Source: a virus
Length of the DNA: 41,830 bases
Reading direction: 5' to 3' (one strand)
Virus record (IMG/VR): IMGVR_UViG_3300045988_035073
Coordinates: 1 to 41,830 of that record
Part shown: positions 31,918 to 40,344 of the stretch, piece by piece
Numbering within the stretch: the first letter of the stretch is position 1
How the letters are laid out: each line of letters begins with the position of its first letter
Position numbers and translations under genes: made by a program
Notes under the pieces: generated by a model
What the model saw: the letters and a program-made list of their open reading frames with translations, nothing else
Database searches by the model: none
What the model was told of the DNA's origin: nothing

Positions 31918-32312
31918 CCGGATAGCAAGCAATTCAATAGAAACCCGCAAATAGCGCCAGTTATCGCTACAAAACAGTCTCTTGCCGTAATAGAGCGTTC
32001 TTTTGCGGTCTCTTTCTTCGCATAAGCAAGAAAGTTATACCCTCTTTGACGGAGAATAATCCCACGCTTCTCATTTTTCACAAGCACATGGACAAAATTA
32101 TGATGTAAAAGGACAGCAACATCATTCTCGTTTTCCGGCGTTACAAGTACCACGTCTTTTTGCGCCTGCTTCAAAAGCTTCATTTGCGCCTTTGTAAGAG
32201 CAATGTATGGGAAATCGTATTTTTTGTTCTCTAGATCGGCTTCCCATTTTTGCCGCTCAATTTCCGTCAAATGCTTGTCGTTTGGGTTTGTGGGAATAAA
32301 CACGCTACTCAT
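31914..32312 (-). CDS. Hypothetical protein with C-terminal TM helix
   Basis: Lower-GC gene downstream of and coupled to the repressor gene. Confidence 0.6.
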   Translation of the reverse strand: MSSVFIPTNPNDKHLTEIERQKWEADLENKKYDFPYIALTKAQMKLLKQAQKDVVLVTPENENDVAVLLHHNFVHVLVKNEKRGIILRQRGYNFLAYAKKETAKERSITARDCFVAITGAICGFLLNCLLSG

Positions 32313-32665
32313 AATACCGTCTTTGCACTTAATACGATGGGCAGCAGCTTTTCACACTGCTCATCCGTCAGGCCATCAATCGCATTTATCAGCGCTCGTT
32401 TTGCTGCGCTGATGCCCTCGCCCTCTGTGGCGGGGGCTTTTTTTGCGCCCTCCGGCGGCAGGACGGGCAGTTCATCCCCGTCCAGCTCCGCGAGAGTGAT
32501 GCCGAAGTGCTCGGCAATCTTCTGGCGTGTCTTTTTGTGGGGGACATTTCCGCCATCGAGCCAGTTTAATACGCCCTGGTTGCTTACTCCAAGTATTTTG
32601 GCAAGACGGTACGCAGAATACCCTCTTTGTTCCATGCAAAAACTAAAGTTTTGAGCAAATGGCAT
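32309..32665 (-). CDS. CI-like XRE-family repressor
   Basis: HTH ...GYSAYRLAKILGVSNQGVLNWLDG...; divergent from the early operon. Confidence 0.75.
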   Translation of the reverse strand: MPFAQNFSFCMEQRGYSAYRLAKILGVSNQGVLNWLDGGNVPHKKTRQKIAEHFGITLAELDGDELPVLPPEGAKKAPATEGEGISAAKRALINAIDGLTDEQCEKLLPIVLSAKTVL

Positions 32666-32876
32666 AAACAGAACCTCAAAATTTGTGCATATTGCTACTC
32701 AAGTTTTTATTGACTATTGCTCAAATTTGGAGTAACATAATATTCGTGGACAGGCAATAAAACCCTGCACCACCCCGATAAATAGGGCTGGCGTGATAGG
32801 AAAGTTTGTAGCAAAACCAAACTATCACAAATACTCTAATTTGTCAAGAAAATAATCTAACTTTGGAGGTGAAAAT
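32666..32876. promoter_or_regulatory. AT-rich switch region with rightward promoter and repeated operator-like sites
   Basis: TTGACT (32710-15), N17, TAACAT (32733-38); ttgctcaaa (32717-25) with inverted copy tttgagcaa (32650-58), plus attgctactcaa (32691-32702). Confidence 0.5.
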
Positions 32877-33017
32877 TTGAACACTACTATTAACGCCCGC
32901 TTGGAAAACGCTTTGATCGAAGTCGTTGAAAGGTTTGCAGCACAGAGTACGACCGCCGCAGAGGTGGAAGCTCTTGCAGCGGTCGCACAGGTGTTAGCTG
33001 GTATGCAGAATGGTTAG
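32877..33017 (+). CDS. Small helical hypothetical protein (46 aa, TTG start; not in the ORF track)
   Basis: GGAGGTG RBS; MNTTINARLENALIEVVERFAAQSTTAAEVEALAAVAQVLAGMQNG. Confidence 0.35.
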   Translation: MNTTINARLENALIEVVERFAAQSTTAAEVEALAAVAQVLAGMQNG

Positions 33018-33178
33018 TTTTTGCTGTTAGACAGAGCCAACAGGCGGTTGTAGATTTCCTCGAAGAAATCAGCCACATTTTTGCCACCGGCTTTGTCGGA
33101 AGATGTTGTTGAGCTTGTCATTTTGGCGATGACGATTTCTTTTGCGGCATCAAACGCATACTTTTCAACAGAGTTCAT
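33014..33178 (-). CDS. Small hypothetical protein (54 aa; not in the ORF track)
   Basis: GGGGGTG RBS 6 nt before ATG; MNSVEKYAFDAAKEIVIAKMTSSTTSSDKAGGKNVADFFEEIYNRLLALSNSKN; its stop overlaps the stop of 32877..33017. Confidence 0.45.
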   Translation of the reverse strand: MNSVEKYAFDAAKEIVIAKMTSSTTSSDKAGGKNVADFFEEIYNRLLALSNSKN

Positions 33179-33202
33179 TATTTCACCCCCTTTCTCTACT
33201 CT

Positions 33203-33232
33203 ATTTTATCATGCGTTAGCAAGAGTGGACAA
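33203..33232 (-). promoter_or_regulatory. Leftward promoter with extended -10
   Basis: Minus strand: TTGTCC, N18, TGaTAAAAT. Confidence 0.5.
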
Positions 33233-33258
33233 GGGGCGAAAAAGAAAGGAGTGATATT

Positions 33259-33462
33259 TTGGGATTTGGTGAAAACCTCGCACGGCTGCAGGAAGAACAC
33301 GGCGAGACGAGTTACCGACTGGCAAAGGCTATTGGCGTACATCAGACGTCCATTACGAACTGGAAGAACGGCATCAAGCCGCACCCGAAGCATGTAAAGC
33401 TGGTGGCGGATCACTATGGCGTATCAGTAGAGGAGCTGATGGAATGCCGAGGACAAAGCTAG
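33259..33462 (+). CDS. Cro-like XRE HTH protein
   Basis: TTG start after AAAGGAG; ...ETSYRLAKAIGVHQTSITNWKNG... Confidence 0.7.
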   Translation: MGFGENLARLQEEHGETSYRLAKAIGVHQTSITNWKNGIKPHPKHVKLVADHYGVSVEELMECRGQS

Positions 33463-33701
33463 ATCGGTTTTCCAAGAACCCGGAGACTTACCGGAAGATG
33501 GTAAACCGGACGATCCGGGAGGCGATGGCCCGCCAGGAGGTAGCCCACAACAAAGAGCTGGGCGAGGCCATCGGCCTGTCGGAGACGCAGACCAGCAACC
33601 GCTTCAAAAAGGGTTGGAGCGCCTGGGAACTTTTTCGGATCAGCCAAGTTCTCCATTTCACGGAGGCGGAGGCGATCCGGCTGATGGGAGGACAAGCATA
33701 A
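33444..33701 (+). CDS. HTH DNA-binding protein
   Basis: AGGAG RBS; ...ELGEAIGLSETQTSNRFKKG... Confidence 0.65.
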   Translation: MPRTKLDRFSKNPETYRKMVNRTIREAMARQEVAHNKELGEAIGLSETQTSNRFKKGWSAWELFRISQVLHFTEAEAIRLMGGQA

Positions 33702-33796
33702 TGGACGCTTACACGCTGGCGCTGGTCATCATCGGGGCCGGGACGGCTACGAGCTGGCTCTTCCGGCTCATCGACAGGATCGAGGGGCGGAGATGA
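33701..33796 (+). CDS. Tiny membrane peptide (31 aa)
   Basis: MDAYTLALVIIGAGTATSWLFRLIDRIEGRR; coupled on both sides. Confidence 0.4.
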   Translation: MDAYTLALVIIGAGTATSWLFRLIDRIEGRR

Positions 33797-33969
33797 GCCG
33801 GAACCCGACGAAGGACAAGCTTATGGCGAAGCTGGACGCTATGGAAAACTACGCCAGGACGCAGAAGGGCGCTCCGTATCTGATGGAGCAGAGCCCAATT
33901 AGCGCTATCTGGTGGGAAGGTTACCTGGCGGCTCTGCGGGATATCAGGAAGGAGATGGGGAAAGGATGA
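33793..33969 (+). CDS. Small hypothetical protein (58 aa)
   Basis: ATGA coupling at both ends. Confidence 0.45.
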   Translation: MSRNPTKDKLMAKLDAMENYARTQKGAPYLMEQSPISAIWWEGYLAALRDIRKEMGKG

Positions 33970-34139
33970 AGCTTTGGAAGTGCAAGGCTTGCGGCCAGAT
34001 TTTTGATGCCTTTATCTTCCTGAGCGGCCCAGCGAATCCGCATGGGCGAGAGATTCTGGCCTGCTGCCCTGATTGCAGGACGCCGAAGATGTACGAGCCG
34101 ATTGAGGTTCCTGACGACTTCCGGATGGGCGGCGAGTGA
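33966..34139 (+). CDS. Zinc-ribbon protein (57 aa)
   Basis: CKACG...CCPDC. Confidence 0.55.
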   Translation: MKLWKCKACGQIFDAFIFLSGPANPHGREILACCPDCRTPKMYEPIEVPDDFRMGGE

Positions 34140-34176
34140 TTCGTAATAAAATGAAATTTCAAGGAGGAAAAGCGAA

Positions 34177-34548
34177 ATGGAGCAGTTTGACAAGAAGAGC
34201 ATTTTGGAGATGTCCATGGGCGCCATCCTGGAGCGGGTGGACTACGAAATGGGCCGTGTGCTGGAAAACGTCTTGGACCCCAACACCAAGGCCACGGCCA
34301 AGCGTAAGATCACCGTGGGACTGGAGCTGGTGCCCAGCGCTGACCGGAAGACCATCACGGTCCTTACCACGGCGAAGGCGGCCCTGGTCCCCACGGACCC
34401 TGTGACTACCAGCCTCTTTATCACCTCCGCTCCCAACACCGGCGAGATGGTGGTGGCGGAGATGGTCCCCCAGGTGCCCGGCCAGATTTTCATGGACGGG
34501 GACGAGCAGGGACAGCCCAAGATCCTCAAATTTGCCCGGCAGGCGTAA
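34177..34548 (+). CDS. Hypothetical early protein
   Basis: RBS-preceded ATG; protein-like composition. Confidence 0.65.
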   Translation: MEQFDKKSILEMSMGAILERVDYEMGRVLENVLDPNTKATAKRKITVGLELVPSADRKTITVLTTAKAALVPTDPVTTSLFITSAPNTGEMVVAEMVPQVPGQIFMDGDEQGQPKILKFARQA

Positions 34549-34575
34549 GCCGGAACGTTGAAAGGAGTTTTACCT

Positions 34576-35292
34576 ATGCTGAAAGAATTTGCCCAGTATC
34601 TTGTGTCCCTCAAGGAAAACAAGACCTATGACATCCACGGCGACACCTACTCGGACCGGGACCTGGTTCGCATCGAGCCTCACATCGACCGGCCCACCAG
34701 CATCTCCGTCTCTGGCCTGGACAGCATCGTGAAGCTGGTCCGCAATGAAATGGACATGCTTACCAACCTGCCGGTCTTCATCCGTGTGGACGGCGCCAAC
34801 CGGGTCGTTGTGTTCACGACCTACGATGACGTGATGCTCAGAGACAGCCTCTATATTGCGGAGTGCGATGTCCCCGGCTTCCGTGATGGCTTCCGGGAGT
34901 ATGAGAAGGCCATCATCGAGCTGCGGAGCAAGTTCGCCCCCGGCCCCGGCGTAGACTACATGCTGGACCTGCTCTCCCGCATCAGCAAGGAGAATGGCGT
35001 GACCACCAGCGACAACGGCGTTTCTCAGACGGTGGAGGCCCGGCAGGGCGTCTCCCTGAAGACGATGGTGGCGGTCAAGCCTCGTGTGGCACTGCGCCCC
35101 TATCGCACTTTCCTGGAGGTGGATCAGCCGGAGAGCGAGTTCCTGCTGCGGCTGGACGACAACGGCAATGTGGGCCTCTTCGAGGCCGACGGCGGTATGT
35201 GGAAGCAGACGGCCAAGGCCAGCATCCTGTCTTACTTCGAGGAGCACCTGGCCGAAGAGGTCAAGACGGGTAAGGTCGTTGTGATGATGTGA
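34576..35292 (+). CDS. Hypothetical early protein (238 aa; possibly DUF2303/YfdQ-like)
   Basis: AAAGGAG RBS then ATG 34576. Confidence 0.6.
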   Translation: MLKEFAQYLVSLKENKTYDIHGDTYSDRDLVRIEPHIDRPTSISVSGLDSIVKLVRNEMDMLTNLPVFIRVDGANRVVVFTTYDDVMLRDSLYIAECDVPGFRDGFREYEKAIIELRSKFAPGPGVDYMLDLLSRISKENGVTTSDNGVSQTVEARQGVSLKTMVAVKPRVALRPYRTFLEVDQPESEFLLRLDDNGNVGLFEADGGMWKQTAKASILSYFEEHLAEEVKTGKVVVMM

Positions 35293-35534
35293 TGGATGCC
35301 CCTGGCGGCCGCTTTGGCCGCCAGGGGAGGATGGAGGGCAGGATGAGGACTTGGATGGATGATCGTATCCCCGAGCGGCCATTGGAGCCGCCGGAGCCGG
35401 AAGAAAATCCCCGCTGCCCCTGTTGCGGCGAGGAGTGCGAGACGCTGTACCGGGTGTTATCCGGGGCCGTAGTTGGCTGCGAAAAGTGCGTGGACGCCCT
35501 GGACGCCTGGGAGCGCCGGGATTTGGCGGATTGA
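35292..35534 (+). CDS. Zinc-ribbon protein (start uncertain: 35292 or 35343)
   Basis: CPCCGEEC...GCEKC. Confidence 0.5.
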   Translation: MDAPGGRFGRQGRMEGRMRTWMDDRIPERPLEPPEPEENPRCPCCGEECETLYRVLSGAVVGCEKCVDALDAWERRDLAD

Positions 35535-35668
35535 ACACAGGGCTCCCGCCGGAAACCAGCGAAGCGTTTCCGGTGGGAAGAGGACGAACGACGGAATGAG
35601 TGAGCCCTGCCGCAAGGCGGCGGGGCATGCGATATGAAGTCCGTGCGGACGACAAGGAGGACAAGGAC

Positions 35669-36562
35669 GTGACAGCACCGAAGGTGTGTGAGAACTGCGG
35701 GGCGGCCCTGGACGCCGGGGAGACCTGCGATTGCCGGGAGACGCCCCAGGACAGCGGATTGATCCGGCTGGTCCAGCTCCCCGTCATTGAGGAGCGGCTG
35801 CGGGACCTGAAGGAGGCCACGGAGCGGCGCACGGGCCAGGCCATGAGCATGGTATGCGCTCCAGAGACCCTGGCGGCGGTGAAGACCGTCCGGGCGGAGC
35901 TGAACCAGGAATTTGCGGAGATGGAGGCCCAGCGGAAGGCGGTAAAGGCCGCCATCATGGAGCCCTATGACCGCTTTGAGGCGGTTTACCGGGACTGCGT
36001 GGCGGTCCCCTTCCGCCAGGCGGACGCCGACCTGAAGGGGAAGATCGAGGCCACGGAGCGGGAGATCAAGGAGCACTGCGAGGAGTATCTGCGGCGATAC
36101 TTTGCGGAGCTCTGCGCCGCCCACGGGGTCGATTTCCTGACCTACGAGCAGACCAGCGTGAAGGTGGATATGGCCTCGGCCCGTGCCAAGACCCCCAAGA
36201 AGCTCATGGAGCAGTTGCGGATGATGGTGGAGGGCTGCGCCCAGGCGATGGCCGCCATCGACGGCATGGAGCATGGGGACGAGATCGCCGTGGAGTACAA
36301 GAAGTGCCTGGACCTGACCTTCGCCATTCAGGTGGTGACCAAGCGGCACCAGCTGTTGGAGGCGGAGCGGCAGCGGAAGACGGAGGCGGTGGAGAACTGT
36401 GTCCGGCCCGTCCAGGAGGCCCCGGAGGTGACGCCGGTCCCCAAGCGGGTGGAGAAGGCGGCTGTTGAGACCCTGACCTGCACCTTCACCGTGACGGCCA
36501 CCCGGGAGCGGCTGAAGCTCCTGAAGAGTTTCCTGGACAGCAACGGCTACAACTACAACTGA
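35669..36562 (+). CDS. DUF1351-type protein (RecT-associated)
   Basis: AAGGAGG RBS 8 nt before GTG 35669 (alternative ATG 35627); long helical protein directly upstream of recT. Confidence 0.6.
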   Translation: MTAPKVCENCGAALDAGETCDCRETPQDSGLIRLVQLPVIEERLRDLKEATERRTGQAMSMVCAPETLAAVKTVRAELNQEFAEMEAQRKAVKAAIMEPYDRFEAVYRDCVAVPFRQADADLKGKIEATEREIKEHCEEYLRRYFAELCAAHGVDFLTYEQTSVKVDMASARAKTPKKLMEQLRMMVEGCAQAMAAIDGMEHGDEIAVEYKKCLDLTFAIQVVTKRHQLLEAERQRKTEAVENCVRPVQEAPEVTPVPKRVEKAAVETLTCTFTVTATRERLKLLKSFLDSNGYNYN

Positions 36563-36576
36563 GGAGGAGAATCGCC

Positions 36577-37452
36577 ATGAACGAGATGCAGAACTATGCC
36601 CCCAATGAGGGGATGGCCCCGAAGACGGTAAGTACGGAAATGATGATCTCCCGGCAGGCCCAGGAGGTCCAGGCGGCGATGGTGGTGGCAAAACGCTTCC
36701 CTCGGAACGAGGTGGAGAGCCACAACCGCATCCTCAACGCCTGCAAGCGCAGGAGCCTGGCGGAGCGGGCAGTCTATGAGTATCCCCGTGGCGGGGAGAA
36801 CGTCACCGGCCCCTCTATCCGCCTGGCGGAGGTCATGGCCCAGAACTGGGGCAACCTGGACTTCGGCATCACGGAACTGGAGCAGAAGGGCAACCGCTCC
36901 ACGGTGATGGCCTACTGCTGGGACCTGGAGACCAATGTCCGGCAGACCAAGATTTTTGAAGTCCCCCACGTCCGGCAGACCAAGAAGGGCACCAAGGCCC
37001 TGACGGACCCTCGGGACATCTACGAGATGGTGGCAAACCAGGGCGCTCGGCGGCTGCGTGCCTGCATCCTGGGGATCATCCCCGGGGACGTGGTGGATGC
37101 CGCTGTTGACGCCTGCTCAAAGACGCTGCTGAGCGGCGGGGAGCCTCTGATCGACCGGATCCGCAAGATGGCGCAGGCGTTCCAGGAGGACTTCGGCGTG
37201 CCGCTGGAGTGCCTGGAAAAGTACATCGGCTGCAAGGCGGAGGCCTTCACCAGCCAGAGCATTGTGAAACTGCGGGGGGTCTATACGGCCCTGAAGGATG
37301 GCCGGGCGGACCGGGAGCAGTATTTTGACCTGCCCGCCGTGGACGAGAAGACCGGCGAGGTAGTGGAAGGGACCCCCGCTGAAACGGTCGGCACGCCAGA
37401 TGACGGCAGGACTGACAGCGCTCCGAAGCAGGTGAGCCTGAGTGACCTGTAA
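36577..37452 (+). CDS. recT: RecT-family single-strand annealing recombinase
   Basis: ...AKRFPRNE...NVTGPSIRLAEVMAQNWGNL...MAYCWDLETN... is a RecT pattern. Confidence 0.8.
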   Translation: MNEMQNYAPNEGMAPKTVSTEMMISRQAQEVQAAMVVAKRFPRNEVESHNRILNACKRRSLAERAVYEYPRGGENVTGPSIRLAEVMAQNWGNLDFGITELEQKGNRSTVMAYCWDLETNVRQTKIFEVPHVRQTKKGTKALTDPRDIYEMVANQGARRLRACILGIIPGDVVDAAVDACSKTLLSGGEPLIDRIRKMAQAFQEDFGVPLECLEKYIGCKAEAFTSQSIVKLRGVYTALKDGRADREQYFDLPAVDEKTGEVVEGTPAETVGTPDDGRTDSAPKQVSLSDL

Positions 37453-37453
37453 T

Positions 37454-38116
37454 GTGATCGCAACCGGGTCTCAGGGCAACGCCGTGGTTCTGGATGGGAC
37501 CATCCTTCTGGACTGCGGCGTGCCCTTCGGGGCGCTGGAGGAGGTCTGTCAGGACCTCTCCCTGGTGGTCCTGACCCACATCCATGGGGACCACTTCCGC
37601 CCGGAGACCATCAAGCGCCTGGCCTTCCTGCGGCCTGCGCTGCGCTTTCTTTGCCCGCCCTGGCTGCACCAGCCGTTGAGTTCCCTGGGTATCTATGAGC
37701 GGGTGATCGACGTGGCAAGCACGGCCTACCGGCTCTCCTACGGACGGCTGGGCGGGACCTGGCGCAATATTCAATTCGAGATGCAGCCCATTCCACACGA
37801 TGTCCCCAACTGCGCCTGGCATATCTTTGCCGACGTGGGAGGTCAGCTCCACAGGAATGAGGTCTTCTACGCTACGGACTGCGGCTCCCTGGACGGTGTG
37901 GAGGCCAGGGATTATGACCTCTACCTCATCGAAGCCAACTACGGCGAGGCGGAGCTCCAGGAGCGGATGGCCCGGAAGCTGGCGGCGGGTGGGTATGCCT
38001 ACGAGAGCCGCTGCGTGGAGAGCCACCTGAGCCGGGAGCAGGCGGAAGCCTGGCTTGCCGCCAACGCCAAAGAGGGATGGAGCAAGGTGCTGTTTCTGCA
38101 CCAGCACAGAGAGTGA
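37454..38116 (+). CDS. Metallo-beta-lactamase-fold hydrolase (putative recombination nuclease)
   Basis: GSQGNAVVL...VVLTHIHGDH (HxHxDH); alternative start 37442. Confidence 0.75.
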   Translation: MIATGSQGNAVVLDGTILLDCGVPFGALEEVCQDLSLVVLTHIHGDHFRPETIKRLAFLRPALRFLCPPWLHQPLSSLGIYERVIDVASTAYRLSYGRLGGTWRNIQFEMQPIPHDVPNCAWHIFADVGGQLHRNEVFYATDCGSLDGVEARDYDLYLIEANYGEAELQERMARKLAAGGYAYESRCVESHLSREQAEAWLAANAKEGWSKVLFLHQHRE

Positions 38117-38124
38117 GGCGAGAT

Positions 38125-38889
38125 ATGGAGCGAGGGCAATTTACCTTCTACGCTTCCTTTGCCAAAGCGGCGGAGCGCATCCGGAAGAAGACGGACCGCT
38201 GCGACTTCTATGATGCCGTGAAGGACTACGCCATTTACGGGAAGGAGCCGGAATGGGAGGCCCTTTCCGATACGGTAGCGGTGGCCTTCGAGTTGGTCCG
38301 GCCTACTCTGGACGCAAGCAAACGGAAAGCGGAGAACGGCAAACGGGGAGGAGCCGCAAGCAAGCCGGAAGCAACCGGAAGCAAATCGAAGCAAAGTGAA
38401 AGCAAACCGGAAGCAAAGAAAAGCAAACCGAAGCAACCCGCAAGCGAGAAAGAGGGGGAGAAAGAGGACGAGGTAGAGGGAGAGAAAGAGAGTGAGATAG
38501 AGAACGAATGTTCAAAAATATTACCCCCTGGCGGGGGTAATACAAAAAGCCCCGCCGCAGCCGCCGATGTTTCTCCGCTCTCCTCCGCCGTGGCGATGGT
38601 CCAGGCAGATTATCTCAACCGGGTCAACGCCGCAGCCTCCCCGGCGTCGCTGGACGAGCTGGCGGGCTTCGTGGAGGCGATGGGGCCGGATTGCTGCCGG
38701 AGGGCCTTTGACATCGCCCTGGACGAGCGCATTACCCGCTGGAGCTACATCCGGGGCATCCTGCAGGACAAGCAGCAGCGGGGCGTCAAGTGCCTGGCGG
38801 ACTGGGACGCTCTGGACGGACAGCGGCAGAAAAAGCGCAGGGACGGCACGTTCCAGTACGACTACGGCGACATGGGAGGAAGCCTATGA
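38125..38889 (+). CDS. Replisome organiser / DnaD-like replication initiator with K/S/E-rich linker
   Basis: C-terminus ...RWSYIRGILQDKQQRG is DnaD-like; precedes the helicase-loader ATPase. Confidence 0.65.
   Translation: MERGQFTFYASFAKAAERIRKKTDRCDFYDAVKDYAIYGKEPEWEALSDTVAVAFELVRPTLDASKRKAENGKRGGAASKPEATGSKSKQSESKPEAKKSKPKQPASEKEGEKEDEVEGEKESEIENECSKILPPGGGNTKSPAAAADVSPLSSAVAMVQADYLNRVNAAASPASLDELAGFVEAMGPDCCRRAFDIALDERITRWSYIRGILQDKQQRGVKCLADWDALDGQRQKKRRDGTFQYDYGDMGGSL
38358..38446 (+). repeat. Nine phased AAGCAA repeats (10-11 nt period); candidate iterons / origin inside the initiator gene
   Basis: aagcaa at 38358, 38369, 38379, 38389, 38400, 38411, 38421 and 38431, plus caagcg at 38441. 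Confidence 0.55.
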
Positions 38890-39698
38890 TGGACGCTATC
38901 GTTGATTCTCTGGCCCGGAAGAGCGCCGCAAGGCGGGAGCCGGGAGACTACACGCAGGATGGCCTGCTGTACTGCGGGCACTGCGGGACGCCGAAGCAGT
39001 GCCGGATATCCCTCGGGGCCGGTGTGCGGATCGTCGGTTGCCAGTGCGCCTGCCAGACCAGGCGCTTCGAGGCGGAGCGGCAGGCGGAACGGGATCGGGA
39101 AATGCGGCTCCGCATTGAGCATCTGCGGGCCTCCGGCATTCGGGACCGAAATCTGGCGGATTGCCGCTTTGAGACGGCCATGGAGACGGAGGAACTGACG
39201 AAATGCCGCCGGTATGCGGAGCACTGGGAGGAGATGTACGCCCAGAACAACGGCCTTTTGCTCTGGGGCAACACCGGGAATGGGAAGACCTACGCCGCCG
39301 CCTGCATTGCGAACGCACTGATCGCCAGGGGCATCCCGGCCCTCATCACGAGCTTTCCACGGATACTGAACGCAGGCTGGGACAAGCGGGAGATCGCCGA
39401 GCAGATGCGCCAATACCCATTGCTGGTCATCGACGATCTGGGGGCGGAGCGTGAGAGCGATTACGCCCTGGAGACCGTCTACATGGTCATCGACGAGCGC
39501 TATAAGGCCCGGAAACCGCTGATCGTCACCACCAACCTGACGCTGGAAGAGATCTGCAAGCCCAGGAGCATGGACTACCAGCGCATCTACGACCGCATCC
39601 TGGAGATGTGCGTCCCGGTGGTGTTTCAGGGCGGGAGCATCCGCCGCAAGACGGCCAACGAGAAGCTACGAAGAGCACGGGAGGTGCTGGATGGTTGA
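38886..39698 (+). CDS. DnaC/IstB-like helicase-loader ATPase
   Basis: Walker A GNTGNGKTY, Walker B LLVIDDLG; N-terminal Cys cluster. Confidence 0.85.
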   Translation: MMDAIVDSLARKSAARREPGDYTQDGLLYCGHCGTPKQCRISLGAGVRIVGCQCACQTRRFEAERQAERDREMRLRIEHLRASGIRDRNLADCRFETAMETEELTKCRRYAEHWEEMYAQNNGLLLWGNTGNGKTYAAACIANALIARGIPALITSFPRILNAGWDKREIAEQMRQYPLLVIDDLGAERESDYALETVYMVIDERYKARKPLIVTTNLTLEEICKPRSMDYQRIYDRILEMCVPVVFQGGSIRRKTANEKLRRAREVLDG

Positions 39699-39831
39699 CC
39701 ATGTGCGTGTGGTAGTAGACGTTTACGGGGTAGACGATTACTTGGCGGCAAAGGAATCCGTAGCTATAATGCTGGAACCGCTTGGGAATGTCCGGGTGGT
39801 ACAGGTGATTGCGGACGGGAAGACAAGTTAG
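39691..39831 (+). CDS. Small hypothetical protein (46 aa, not in the ORF track)
   Basis: GGAGGTG RBS; MVDHVRVVVDVYGVDDYLAAKESVAIMLEPLGNVRVVQVIADGKTS; fills an otherwise empty gap. Confidence 0.4.
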   Translation: MVDHVRVVVDVYGVDDYLAAKESVAIMLEPLGNVRVVQVIADGKTS

Positions 39832-39840
39832 GAGGACACA

Positions 39841-40344
39841 ATGACCATAGAAGAAATTTTGGCAGCCGCCCGGAAATGCGTTTGCGGCGACCGGGAGCAG
39901 GACTATGGCAGCCCGGAACGGTCCTTCGGGGGCATCGGGCAGTTTTGGGAGACTTACCTGCAGGAGAAGTGCCTGGAACCGCGGTGCGGTGGGCCCCCCG
40001 GAAGTCCAGATCTTTCCGGAGGACGAGGAGGGGGAGCTGCCGTTTTGAGAGCGAGAGAGGATATTATCCGGGCTCTGCGCTGCAGTGCCAGCACGGGGGA
40101 TAAGGACTGCACCGGATGCCCGTATCTCATCCGGGGAGAGTTTGAGGGCTTTACCTGGGAGAGCTGTGACTGTGACCGGATGGCCGTGGATGCCGCCGAG
40201 ATGCTGGAGACAGACGCAAGGACCATCTCGGCACTGATCGAGGACCGAAAGAACTGGATGGAAAGGTACGAGAAGCTGAAAAGCCTGGTGCCGCTGTACA
40301 ACTTCGTGCCGCCAGAGGAGGGAGCGGAAGATGATGAAGCGTGA
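39841..40344 (+). CDS. Chimeric protein: DUF6378-like N-terminal fragment + low-complexity linker + Cys-rich domain
   Basis: ILAAARKCVCGDREQDYGSPERSFGGIGQFWETYL; later ALRCSASTGDKDCTGCPY...AVDAAEMLE. Confidence 0.6.
   Translation: MTIEEILAAARKCVCGDREQDYGSPERSFGGIGQFWETYLQEKCLEPRCGGPPGSPDLSGGRGGGAAVLRAREDIIRALRCSASTGDKDCTGCPYLIRGEFEGFTWESCDCDRMAVDAAEMLETDARTISALIEDRKNWMERYEKLKSLVPLYNFVPPEEGAEDDEA

Noticed and set aside
34570-36691. Two very long minus-strand ORFs (34570..35958, 462 aa; 35261..36691, 476 aa), and also 37247..38107 and 39526..40467.
   Set aside because: They are antisense to the well-supported DUF1351/RecT/MBL/DnaC-like genes. Their translations are P/R/G/A-rich junk with no recognisable domains or RBS.
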